Below, piece after piece: positions 12,641 through 24,078 of a stretch of 64,000 bases of DNA. Every line of letters starts with the position of its first letter. Position 1 is the stretch's first letter. The stretch spans positions 46,934,001 through 46,998,000 of the forward strand of contig NC_073385.1 of NCBI RefSeq assembly GCF_028641065.1, given 5' to 3'. This stretch comes from Leucoraja erinacea (lineage: Eukaryota). Below the pieces are notes generated by a model. That model saw only the letters and a list, made by a program, of their open reading frames with translations, had not been told where the DNA came from and did not search any database. The position numbers were made by a program, and so were the translations under genes.

Positions 12641-12989
12641 TGGTACTATAGTGTGTTTAAAGAGCATCGACGAGGATGGTGACAGGATTGAAAGACTGCA
12701 ATTGTGAGAGAGGTTGGTTAGGCAAGGGCTGTTTTTTTGCAATGGCTAAGTTACATTAAATTATATAGTCATATCAATGATCAAATAATTGACAGGTCAT
12801 AATAATTCCTAAGGCTTGGAGCAATAATGCAATGGAGCCGAACTGCATAATGTGTGAGTGAGAGGAGAGGGTGTGAGTGAGGAGGCAGGATGGCGAGGGA
12901 TGGAGGGGGTGAAGAGGTGACGGGAGGGTGGAGGGGAAGGGGACTGGTGGTCATAGTGATACAGCATAGAAACAGTTGGGTGTGTTCCA

Positions 12990-13280
12990 ACTTGCTCACA
13001 CTGTCCCAGCTACTCGTCTCATCTGCCCCCGTTTGGTCTATATCCCTTCAAGACCTGTCCTATACATATACCTATCCAACTGTTTCTTCAATATTCAGAC
13101 TCAACTACCTCCTCTGGCAGCTTGTTCCATGCCCTTTGTGTGGAAAGGTTACGCCTCAGATTCTTATTAAATCTTTTCCCCTTCACCTCAAACCTATGTC
13201 CTCTGGTCCTTGATTCACCTACTATGAGCAAGAGACTCTGTACATCTACCCGATCTCTTCCTCTCATGATTTTATACATC
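12990..13280 (-). mobile_element. CR1 LINE 3' fragment
   Basis: YKIMRGRDRVD..GESRTRGHRFEVKGKRFNKNLR..WNKLPEEVVE. Confidence 0.75.
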
Positions 13281-13289
13281 TGGCTGATG

Positions 13290-13925
13290 GTGTTAGGCGG
13301 TGTGGGGGCTAGAAGAGCTGGGGCATTAGAGGGGTATGGATTTGGGGCGGGTTGTTGGATGTTAGAGGGCGTTAAGGGGTTATAGAGGGGGTATAGGGCA
13401 TTATAGAGGGGGTGGGCTTTTGAAGGTGGGGTTGTAGGAGATGGGGCTGTGTAGGGGGGGTTAGTGGCGGGCTATGGGGGTTAGTGGCTGTATATGAGGG
13501 TTAGTGGCGAGATATGGGAGTTAGTGGCGAGGTATGGCTGTTAGTGGTGGGGGGGTGGGGGGGGGTTAGTAGGTGGGGTTAGGAGCAGGGTAAGGGGGTT
13601 AGGAGCGGGCTAAGGGGCAGGGTAGTGGGGTTAGTGAGGGAGGGGGGTAAGGGGGGTTAGTGGAGGGGTAGGGGAGGTTAGAGGCAGAGTAGTGGGATTA
13701 GTGGAGGGGTAAGGGGGGTTAGTGGTGGGGTAGAGGGGTAAGAGCGGGGTAGGGGTGTTAGGGGCGGGGGTAAGGGGGATTAGTGGTAGGGTAGGGGGTT
13801 AGTGGCGGGGTAGGGGGTTAAGAGCGCGGTAAGGGGGGTTAGTGGTGGGGTAAGGGGGTTAGGGGCGGGGTAAGGGGGGTAGGGGCGGGGGGTAATGGGG
13901 TTAGTGGCGGGGTAAGGGGGGTTAA
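13290..13925 (+). repeat. G-rich degenerate minisatellite (approx. ggggttagtggcggggtaa) in AVEN intron 1
   Basis: Repeated ~20-nt units with GGGG runs and ttag/taag spacers. Confidence 0.85.
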
Positions 13926-13949
13926 TGGAGGTATGGGCCATTAGACGGG

Positions 13950-14450
13950 AGGGTGGGGGTTGAGGGGCACAGCCTGGGGGGCCGGGTGTGGGGATGGGGA
14001 GGCAATAACTGCCGGCCTGGTCCAGCTGCCCGACACCCGCTTCCCCCGGCCTCTGAACGAAGACCTACCTGCAGCTCCGGCGGCCTCGGGGGGAAGCAGC
14101 GACCTCGGGGCGGGCGGCAGCCGCGTCCCTGCCACCCTCGCTCGGCCTCCACCGGCCGCTGCTGCCGCTCGCTGGGCCCGCGCGCTCCTCGTCCCCCGCG
14201 GCCTCGCCCGCCTCCTCCTCCCCGGCGGCCGCGGCCTCGGCCCCGCGTCCGCTCCGACGCCTCCTCCATGGCCGGCGCGGAGAGTGACGGCGAGGAGAGC
14301 AGGGGGGAGGGAGTCAGAGGGAAGAGTCGCGGAGAGAGGGAGGAGAAAATCAAGGCTTGAGAGCAAAGATCTTTGCTTGAGAGGGGCGAGAAGAGAGAGT
14401 CACAGGCAGCTCACAGACAGCAAGGGGAGCGGAGCATCACAGGCGGTGAG
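13950..14450. promoter_or_regulatory. CpG island over AVEN exon 1 / promoter
   Basis: Very high GC and CpG density around the start codon. Confidence 0.7.
14069..14269 (-). CDS. AVEN: Cell death regulator Aven, coding exon 1 (RGG/RG-rich N-terminus)
   Basis: gccATGG Kozak at 14269; MEEASERTRGRGRGRRGGGGGRGRGGRG...PPELQ; donor CAG|gtaggt, phase 0, in frame with exon 2; synteny with CHRM5 and EMC7. Confidence 0.85.
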
Positions 14451-15189
14451 GGGAGAGAGCAAAGATTATATTGGGAGAGATTAGTACAGGTGTCAGGGGT
14501 TATGGGCGAAGGCAAGAGAATGGGGTTGAGAAGGAAATATAGATGGTAATACTTGTACTGAACTGTGTACAAAAATGAATTTCACTGGACCTTGGTACAT
14601 GTGACAAATAAAGTACCATACAACGCCACACATGTGAAGCTGGAGCTAACGTGAATCAAACGGTAGAGATGGATCACTAGTGATAAAAATACGAAGGGTT
14701 CATTAAGACGTGGAATGCATGGAGAGATAGCTGAATGGATAGAAAATTGGTCTCATGGAAGGAAGCAGAGGGTGATGGTGGAAGGTTGTTTCTCAGACTG
14801 TACACAAAAATGCTGGAGAAACATCAGCGGGTGAAGCAGCATCTATGGAGCGAAGGAGATAGGCAACTGTCTCAGACTGTTGGCCTGTGACTAGTGTTGT
14901 GCCCCAGGGTTTGGTGTTGGGGGGTTGCAAGCAAAGATTATAGATTCTAATATAAAACAAAGATTATAGAAACATAGAAATTAGGTGCAGTAGTAGGCCA
15001 TTCGGCCCTTCCTGCACCGCCATTCAATATGATCATGGCTGATCATCCAATCAGATCCCGTAGGTGCCTTCTCTATATCCCCTTAGAGGTGCCACATCTA
15101 ACTCCCTCTTAAATATAGGAGACTGGCCTCAAATGTGGCAGAGGTTCCAGAGATGCACTCTGTGTGAAAATAGAGAGTGGGAATCTGGA

Positions 15190-15545
15190 GCTCAGGAGGA
15201 TGAGAGGTGATCTTATAGAGGTGTACAAGGAGAGAAATAGATCGGTGAGATGCACAGAGTCTCAGTGGGAGAATAGAGAACCAGAGGGCATGGGTTTAAG
15301 GTGAAGAGGGAAATATATAGGAATGTGCGGGATAATTTTTTCACGCAAAGGGTGGTGGGTGTGTGGAACGAGCTGCCGGAGGAGATAATTGAGGCTGGGA
15401 TTATCGCAACGTTAAAGGAGCAATTAGACATGGACATGAACAGGTCAGGTTTAGAGGGATGTGGGCCAAATGAAGGCAAGTGGGACTAATGTAGATGGGA
15501 CATGTTGCTTGTTGTGGGCAAGTTGGGCCAAAGGCCCAACTGTAT
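15190..15545 (+). mobile_element. CR1 LINE 3' fragment (tail resumes ~16320-16380)
   Basis: FFTQRVVGVWNELPEEIIEAG; caagttgggccaaagg.ccaa is repeated on both sides of the nested minus-strand copy. Confidence 0.7.
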
Positions 15546-16310
15546 AGAAACATAGAAAATAGGTGCAGGAGTAGGCCAATCGGCCCTTCAAGCCTGCACC
15601 GCCATTCAATATGATAATGGCTGATCATCCAACTCAGTATCCTGTACCTGCCTTCTCTCCATAACCCCCTGATCCCTTTAGCCACAAGGGCCACATCTAA
15701 CTCCCTCTTAAATATAGCCAATGAACTGGCCTCAACTACCTTTTGTGGCAGAGAATTCCAGAGATTCACCACTCTCTGTGTGAAAAATGTTTTCCTCATC
15801 TCGGTCCTAAAAGATTTCCCCCTTATCCTTAAACTGTGACCCCTTGTTCTGGACTTCCCCAACATCAGGAACAATCTTCCTGCATCTAGCCTGTCCAACC
15901 CCTTAAGAATTTTGTAAGTTTCTATAAGATCCCCCTCAATCTTCTTAATTCTAGCGAGTACGAACCGAGTCTGTCCAGTCTTTCTTCATATGAAAGTCCT
16001 GACATCCCAGGTGAACCTTCTCTGTACTCCCTCTATGGCAAGAATGTCTTTCCTCAGATTAGGAGACCAAAACTGTACGCAATACTCCAGGTGTGGTCTC
16101 ACCAAGACCCTGTACAATTGCAGTAGAACCTCCCTGCTCCTATACTCAAATCCTTTTGCTATGAATGCTAACATACCATTCGCCTTCTTCACTGCCTGCT
16201 GCACCTGCATGCCTACTTTTAATGACTGGTATACCATGACACCCAGGTCTCGTTGCATCTCCCCCTTTCCTAATCGGCCAACATTCAGAAAATATTTCCT
16301 AATCGGCCAC
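15546..16310 (-). mobile_element. CR1 LINE 3' part (young subfamily, also at 39255-40900)
   Basis: QAVKKANGMLAFIAKGFEYRSREVLLQLYRVLVRPHLEYCVQFWSP..; GKSRTRGHSLRIRG; (atgtttct) tail. Confidence 0.88.
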
Positions 16311-17604
16311 CATGTATCGCATGTTGCCAAGTTGGGCCAAAGGACCAAGTTTCCATACTGTATGATTCTATGACTGTATGACAAAACTCCACGGGGATGC
16401 ATCAACATAAACGCAGGTAGGACCAGTAGAAATGCAGACACTACTGGGGCAAACAGCTACCTCTGACACAGGACTGTGTTAGAAAATTTAAAAACTATTT
16501 ATTTTGTCACATTTTTGATGTTTGGCAATCTAATGCTTTTCACAACCAATCAAGTTGTTGAAATGCTGTCATTATTTTAAGGTAGGAAACGCAACAGTCA
16601 ATTTAAGTACCGATCAATGTGACATATACAACAACATTTTTTATACTGGTATTGATAACTAATAACTATTGGGTAAGTCACCCCCAAGAATTCCTTTCAA
16701 GAACACCACGAGGACTTTCACATTCTGCTGATTGAATATGCAATTGGAAAGTTTAGTTTATTATTGTCACATGTACAATGGTATAGTGAAAAGCTTTTTT
16801 GTTGCATGCTATCTAAGCCACAAATAGGCTATATGTGATTACAATCAGGCTGTCCACAGTGATAAAGGGTATATTATTTAGTGCAAGATAAAGTCCAATT
16901 AAATATAGTTCAAAGGTCTCCAATGGGGTAGATGGGAGGCAAACACCACACTCTAAGTGGGACGTCGGTTCAACCGCCTGATTACAGCTGGCTCTCCGTA
17001 ATGGCTTTTGAACCATTGCCTTTCTGATTTTCCTGCTGACAGTTAAATGAGGGACCAGTGTTGAGATGGATGCCATCAACTGCACATAGGCCCTTGGGAA
17101 AGCCTGCACTTTTATAAAAAATGTATGCTCTTATCTTGCTGCTTGTGTGCTGTTATGCGAGCCGGATTAATTCTCCAGCTTGACAGACTAGTGTTTTGGA
17201 GCAGCTGACAAATATATGCCTGGGTGGCAGCTTGAGTGATTTCATACAAATCCCTACGTCGGAATGAAATGGGATGTGGTGCCATAAAAATCGATAGACT
17301 TCGGCTTTCACAGTCACCTACCAATGTTGATAGAGCAGAGAGTTGCTTCTGCAGATCTGCATCGCTTCATTGATGCAACGAAGATTTATAAAAAACAAGC
17401 TCAACTGTAAGTTCCTACTGGACTGCGTTTGTATGTTCTTTGGGGGCTTCCCTTTAATCTGAACTGTGCTTCTGTTACTTCCTTGGTAATAACATAGAAA
17501 AACATTCCTCCTGGGATTCTCAATGTGGAGCAAAATATCCTGCTGACTTGCACACTACAACAACTTCTCTCTCTAGGGTTAAAGCAAAATTGAAGCAAAA
17601 GGTT

Positions 17605-17820
17605 CACTCAGAGAGTGTTGGGTATATGGAATGAACTGACAGAGAAGGTTGTTGAGGCTAGTGCTATAACAACATTTAAAAGACATTTGAGCAGTTACAT
17701 GGATAGGAAAGGTTTAGAAGGTATGGGTTTATTGCAGGCAAATGGGACTAATTTAGATGGGGCATCTTGGCCGGCATGGACGAGTTGGGCCAAAGGGCCT
17801 GTTCCCATGCTGTATGACTC
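17605..17820 (+). mobile_element. CR1 LINE 3' fragment
   Basis: GIWNELTEKVVEASAITTFKRHL..MDRKGLEG and tail. Confidence 0.7.
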
Positions 17821-18179
17821 TAAATTGTTCCTGGCTGCAGAATGAATTTTGTAAATATATAATCTTAAACAAACATTTCACTTCCATCAATCTCAGCAAA
17901 TATTAGCAAAATTCTCCTCCCCTCTACTAAATTGCAGCTCAATAATTCATATAATAGCGAAGATAGACACAAAAAGCTGAAGTGACTCAGCGAGAGGCAG
18001 CATCTCTGGACAGAAGGAATGGATTCTGATAATGGTTTTGGGAATAATGTAAATTTGATAGAGGGGGATTATTCATGCCCATCACTAGATCATGCAAGTT
18101 GTGATTGTGAAATCTTAGCTATCAATTCTGGAGCAGAATTTTCTTCTGTCCCAACTTGCTAAGTGGTAAAATAAATAGT

Positions 18180-18452
18180 GCGGCACAGTGGCGCAGCATT
18201 AGAGTTGCTGCGTTACAGCACCAGAGATCCGGGTTCGATCCTGACTACGGGTGCTGTCTGCATGTTCTCCCTGTGACCATGTAGGTTTTCTCCAGGTGCA
18301 TCGGTTTCTTCCCACATACCTTAGACTTGCAGGTTTGTAGGCTAATTGGCTTCTGTAAATTGTCCCTAGAGTGTAAGATAAAACTAATGTACAGTGTGAT
18401 TGGTGGGCAGAATGGCGTGTTTCCCCACTGTCTCCTTAAACTAAACTAAACT
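18180..18452 (+). mobile_element. HE1/V-SINE-like SINE
   Basis: ggcacagtggcgcagc..agagttgctgc..gggttcgatcc (A/B boxes) and (taaac)n tail. Confidence 0.8.
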
Positions 18453-18453
18453 A

Positions 18454-19467
18454 CAGTTTTTCCCAGCAATAAATTATTTTACCCTAAAATAAGGCCCGAA
18501 CATTTACCTGCGTCTTGGAGGCCGAAGGTTAGTTTGTTAGCCTAGAACGATAGACTTGGGCCAGATCGCTTTTAAAACATGGGGAGCACACAATGAGGCC
18601 TAACACCGTAGTCGGCAACCTACGGCCCGGATCCGGCCCGTAACCCGAACTCATCCAGCCCGCAGGCGTATTTTTTTTCAATTAGTTTTCGCGACCTGGG
18701 AACTGCAGCCAGTCCCAGGGCACTTAGCCGACCTGGGTGCTACAGCCAGTCCGGGGCAGGCGAGCCGACCTGGGTGCTACAGCCAGTCCCGGGGCAGGCG
18801 AGCCGAGCTGGGAAGTGCAGTCAGCCCGGGGCAGGCGAGTCGACCTGGGTACTGCAGCCATTCGTGGGGCATGCAGCCGACCTGGGCGCAACAGCCAGAC
18901 CTGGGACAAGCGAGCCGACCTGGGTGCTACAGCCAGTCCCGTGGCACGCAGGCGACATGGGAACTGCAGGCAGAACTGGGGCAAGCAAGCCGACCTGGGA
19001 ACTGCAACCATTCGCAGGGCACGCAGCCGACCTGGATGGCTGCAAGCGGCCGCCGGGACCGGACAACGGAACCGGCCGCCACCTCAGCACATTCTGCCAG
19101 CCGGCCCGTCAGCCAGCCACGGTGTCCTTTGGCACAGGCGCAACCGGTGGAGGTGGTGGTTGGCGGGTAGCTACTGGGCGGAAGGCTGGCTGCTCCGTCG
19201 CAGGCTCTATCTCTCCCCCCGTTATGTGATCTCCCTGAGCCAGGAAGTCCCCGTCCCTCAGACCTGAACCGCACAACTCATTGTGGGACATGCAAAGATG
19301 GAGGCTCCCCGGTCCAGATTGCCTCCTTGAAGGAGTTTCACATTTTCCTTTCTACTGACTAAATCAAACCCTTGATCCGGTACCGCCAGCATTTTTTCAA
19401 AATTTAGCACCTCAAAATTGGGGTGCTTCTTCGACGCAGGTGCGTCTTCATTGCCGGGAAATACGGG
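18454..19467. mobile_element. Tc1/mariner (Tc2-like) non-autonomous composite with internal hAT-like end and minisatellite
   Basis: TA-flanked imperfect TIRs cagtttttcccagcaat and attgccgggaaatacgg; internal gtcggcaacctacggcccggatccggcccg (hAT-like terminus, ~18610); ~40-nt tandem repeat 18690-19040. Confidence 0.55.
18690..19040 (+). repeat. ~40-nt GC-rich minisatellite (gccgacctgggtgctacagccagtcccggggcaggcga)
   Basis: About 9 degenerate tandem units visible. Confidence 0.85.
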
Positions 19468-20234
19468 TAAATAATGCTGGACATTCAGAACAGGGTCAGC
19501 AGTGATCTGCAAATCCAAAACTGAAATGTGCATCAACCTTTCTGCTGACTGAATAACTTTAGGAATGAACATTTGTGAACAGTCAGAAATCGACCACTGA
19601 AGATTGTGCATGACTGCCTCTGAGAACCAATATATGTTATGACGTAATCTATGTGTGCACGACAATGCAAATAACTAGGACACAGAATTAAATGGCCACA
19701 AAAATCATTTGCTGAATCAATACGCAATTGACTTTAAATTTACCTTAAATTACATAAGGCAAAAGTAAAATTAAAAATAACCTTTATTCAACATTATGTC
19801 CCATATTCAAATATCTGAAAGAAATCATATGTAATCAGCATTACAGTGTGAACTGTAATGTAAACAGAAATATCAACATAGTACGTCAAGCCTGATTAGG
19901 ATTTTTAAAGAAGCAAGGAAGGAACTGAACAACCATCCAGTTACAGAGATCAGGCCACTAGCAATCCTAAGATGCAGGTAAAACATTTGTAACTCCAATG
20001 GTGAGATGCAGCTAAAGGCAGCCCATAAACAGAGATAGGTTACTATATTTTTTTTTTAACAGTGGGGAAAATAGTGCCTATAAAGAGTATCAATATTTTA
20101 TGCAAAATATTAGAAAAAAAGGCTACATTCCACCAACCCTTAAGTAATTCAGTGGAGAAAATAGTGCCTATAAGCTTCAGAGAAAGTGCAAATTTTAAAA
20201 ATGCTGCAATGAGGTAGATTGGAAGATCAAGGAT

Positions 20235-20935
20235 CCTTACAACATATAATCTTCTGACATTTTCATCACCTCTAACGGGATCCCACCACTGGCCACATCT
20301 TCCCATCTCCTCCCCTTTCTGCTTTTGGCAGAGACCGTTCCCTCCGTTACTCCCTCGTCAATTCGTCCCTTCCCACCCAAACCACCCCCTCCCCGGGCAC
20401 TTTCCCTTGCAACCACAGGAAACATTTACACTTGTCGCTTTACCTCCCCCCTTGACTCCATCCAAGGACCCAATCAGTCTTTCCAGGTGAGGCCCAGTTC
20501 CTGCACCTCCTCCAACCTCATTTACTGCATCCGTTGTTCCCAGTGCCAACTTCTCTACATCGGTGAGACCAAGCGCAGGCTTGGCGATCGCTTCTCCCAA
20601 CACCTTCGCTCAGTTCATACTAACCAGCCTGATCTCCCGGTTGCTCAGCACTTTAACTCCCCCTCCTATTCCCAATCTGACCTTTCTGTCCTCGGCCTCC
20701 TCCATTGCCAGAGTGAGGCCCAGCGCAAATTGGAGGAGCAGCACCTCATATTTCACTTGGGTAGTTTACACCCCAGTGGTATGAACATTGACTTCTCCAA
20801 TTTCAGGTAGTCCTTGCTTTCTCCCTCCTTCCCCTCCCCTTCCCAGCTCTCCCATAGCCTACTGTCTCTGCCTCTTCCTTTCTTTTTCCCTCCCACCCCA
20901 CATTAGTCTGAAGAAGGGTCTCGACCTGAAACGTA
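20235..20935 (+). mobile_element. Penelope-like element 3' end (GIY-YIG endonuclease and pLTR start)
   Basis: CTSSNLIYCIRCSQCQLLYIGETKRRLGDRFSQH..PVAQHFN..RKLEEQHLIFHLGSLHPSGMN, followed by ctgaagaagggtctcgacctgaaacgt. Confidence 0.88.
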
Positions 20936-23445
20936 AGCACAAAGTAGTGATTGTGGGAGATTTCAACTTTCCACAAATAGACTGGGAAACACATTCGGTA
21001 AATGGGCTGGATGGTTTGGAGTTTGTAAAATGTGTGCAGGATAGTTTTTTTGCAGCAATACATAGAGGTACCTACTAGAGGAGGGGCAGTGTTAGACCTC
21101 CTGTTAAGAAATGAGACGGGACAGGTGGCGGAGGTATGCGTTGGGGAGCACTTCGGGTCCAGTGATCACAATACCATTAGTTTCAATATAATTATGGAGA
21201 GGGTCCGAACTGGACCTAGGGTTGAGATATTTGATTGGAGAAAGGCTAACTTTGATGAGATGCGAAATGATTTAAAAGGAGTGAACTGGGACATATTGTT
21301 TTATGGGAAGGATGTAGAAGAGAAATGGAGGCCATTTAAAGGGGAAATTTTAAGAGTACAGAATCTTTATGTTCCTGTTCGGTTGAAAGGAAACAGTAAA
21401 AAGTGGAAAGAGCCCTGGTTTCCAAGGGAAATTGGACATCTTGTTTGGAAAAAGAGGGAGATCGACAATAATTATAGGCAGCATGAAGTAAATGAGGTGC
21501 TTGAGGAGTATAAGGAATGTAAAAAGAATCTTAAGAAAGAAATTAGAAAAGCTAAAAGAAGACATGAGGTTGCTTTGGCAAGTAAGGTGAAAGTAAATCC
21601 AAAGGGTTTCTACAGCTATATTAATAGCAAAAGGATAACGAGGGATAAAATTGGTCCATTGGAGAGACAGAGTGGACAGCCATCTGCAGAGCCAAAAGAG
21701 ATGGGGGAGATATTGAACAATTTATTTTCGTCGGTATTCACCAAGGAGAAGGATATTGAATTATGTGAGGTAATGGAAACTAGTAGAGTAGCTATGGATA
21801 CTGGGTTACTACAGCATATTAATAGCAAAAGGTTTAAAAGGGATAAAATTGGTCCCTAGGGATTATACAGCTTGTGGACAGCCTTCTGCAGTGGTGGCCA
21901 AAAGAGATGGAAAAGATACTTAGAGACAATTTATTTAAGTCGGTATTCACCAAGGAGAAGGATATTGATTAGGTGAGTCAATGGAAATTAGTAGAGTAGA
22001 GGATTGGCGTACTACTAATGTTGTTGAATTGTTTAAAAAGGATTCTAAGAGTAAACCTAGCAAAATTGACGAGGTTAGTTTGACTTCAGTGTTGTCTATA
22101 GTTAATTTAAAGATACTTAGAGATAAATATATAAGCGTCTGGATAAACGGGTTGATTAAGAAGGTCAGCATGGATTTGTGGGTAAGGTCATGTTTGACTA
22201 GTCTTCAAGATTTTTTGAACAGGTTACTAGGGAAAATGGGAGGGTAAAGCAGTGGATGGGTCTATATGGTGGAGTAAGGCCTTTGACAAGGTTCCTCATG
22301 GAAGGTTGGTTAAGAAGGTTCAACTGTTGGGTATAAATGGAGGAATCGCATGATGGATTCAACAGTCGCGGATTGGGAGAAGCCAGAGGGTAATGGTGGA
22401 TGGTTGTTTGTCGGGTTGGAGGCAGGTGACTAATGGGGTGCCTCAGGGATCGGTGTTGGGTCCTTTGTTGTATGTCATGTACATCAATGATCTGGATGAA
22501 GGTGTGGAAAATTGGATTAGTAAGTATGCAGATGATACCAAGATAGGGGGTGTTGTGGATAATGAAGAGGATTTCCAAAGTCTACAGAGTGATTTAGGCC
22601 ATTTGGAAGAATGGGCTGAAAGATGGCAGATGGAGTTTAATGCTGATAAATGTGAGGTGCTACACCTTGGCAGGACAAATCAAAATAGGACGTACATGGT
22701 AAATGGTAGGGAATTGAAGAATACAGTTGAACAGAGGGATCTGGGAATAACCGTGCATAGTTCCTTGAAGGTGGAATCTCATATAGATAGGGTGGTAAAG
22801 AAAGCTTTTGGTATACTAGCCTTTATAAATCAGAGCGTTGAGTATAGAAGCTGGGATGTAATGTTAAAATTGTACAAGGCATTGGTGAGACCAAATCTGG
22901 AGTATGGTGTACAATTTTGGTCGCCCAATTATAGGAAGGATGTCAACAAAATAGAGAGAGTACAGAGGAGATTTACTAGAATGTTGCCTGGGTTTCAACA
23001 ACTAAGTTACAGAGAAAGGATGAATAAGTTAGGTCTTTATTCTCTGAAGTGCAGAAGGTTAAGGGGGGGACTTGATAGAGGTCTTTAAAATGATGAGAGG
23101 GATAGACAGAGTTGATGTGGATCAGCTTTTCTCTTTGAGAATAGGGAAGATTCAAACAATAGGACATGACTTCAGAATTAAGGGACAGAAGTTTAGGGGG
23201 AACATGAGGGGGCACTTCTTTACTCAGAGAGTGGTAGCGGTGTGGAATGAGCTTCCAGTGGAAGTGGTGGAGGCAGGTTTGTTGGTATTTAAAAATAAAT
23301 TGGATAGGCATATGGATGAGAAGGGAATGGAGGATTATGGTATGAGTGCAGGCAGGTGGGACTAAGGGAAAAAAGTTGTTCGGCACGGACTTGTAGGGCC
23401 GAGATGGCCTGTTTCCGTGCTGTAATTGTTATATGGTTATATGGT
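20936..23445 (+). mobile_element. CR1 LINE ORF2, 5'-truncated and frameshifted
   Basis: APE motifs VIVGDFN, PTRGGAVLDLLL, EHFGSSDH; RT motifs GVPQGSVLGPLL and YADD; (atatggtt)n tail. Confidence 0.92.
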
Positions 23446-23544
23446 TATCCTTCGAGATCTTTATCATTAGCTCATGTTCCCAATCTTCTCTTAGTGCTTC
23501 TGTTGAGGGTAATTCTCTATTTAATATATTATTATAAAAGTCTT

Positions 23545-24047
23545 TATAGGGAGGATGTCAACAAAATAGAGAGAGTACAGAGGAGATTTACTAGAATGTT
23601 GCCTGGGTTTCAGCAACTAAGTTACAGAGAAAGGTTGAACAAGTTAGGGCTTTATTCTTTGGAGTGCAGAAGGTTAAGGGGGGACTTGATAGAGGTTTTT
23701 AAAATGATGAGAGGGATAGACAGAGTTGACGTGGAAAAGCTTTCCCCACTGAGAGTAGGGAAGATTCAAACATGACATGAGAATTAAGGGACTGAAGTTT
23801 AGGGGTAACATGAGGGGGAACTTCTTTACTCAGAGAGTGGTAGCTGTGTGGAATGAGCTTCCAGTGAAGGTGGTGGAGGCAGGTTCATTTTTATCATTTA
23901 AAAATAAATTGAATAGTTATATGGATGGGAAGGGAATGGAGGGTTATGGTCTGAGCGCAGGTATATGGGACTAGGGGAGATTATGTGTTCGGCATGGACT
24001 AGAAGGGTCGAGATGGCCTGTTTCCGTGCTGTAATTGTTATATGGTT
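23545..24047 (+). mobile_element. Second CR1 3' end, closely similar to 22930-23440
   Basis: YREDVNKIERVQRRFTRMLPG..; same tail. Confidence 0.85.
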
Positions 24048-24078
24048 AAGTACGGTTCTCACAAATAGGGAACTGAGA

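Noticed and set aside
18724-19274. Cluster of overlapping 90-176 aa ORFs
   Set aside because: Produced by a GC-rich minisatellite; no recognisable domain
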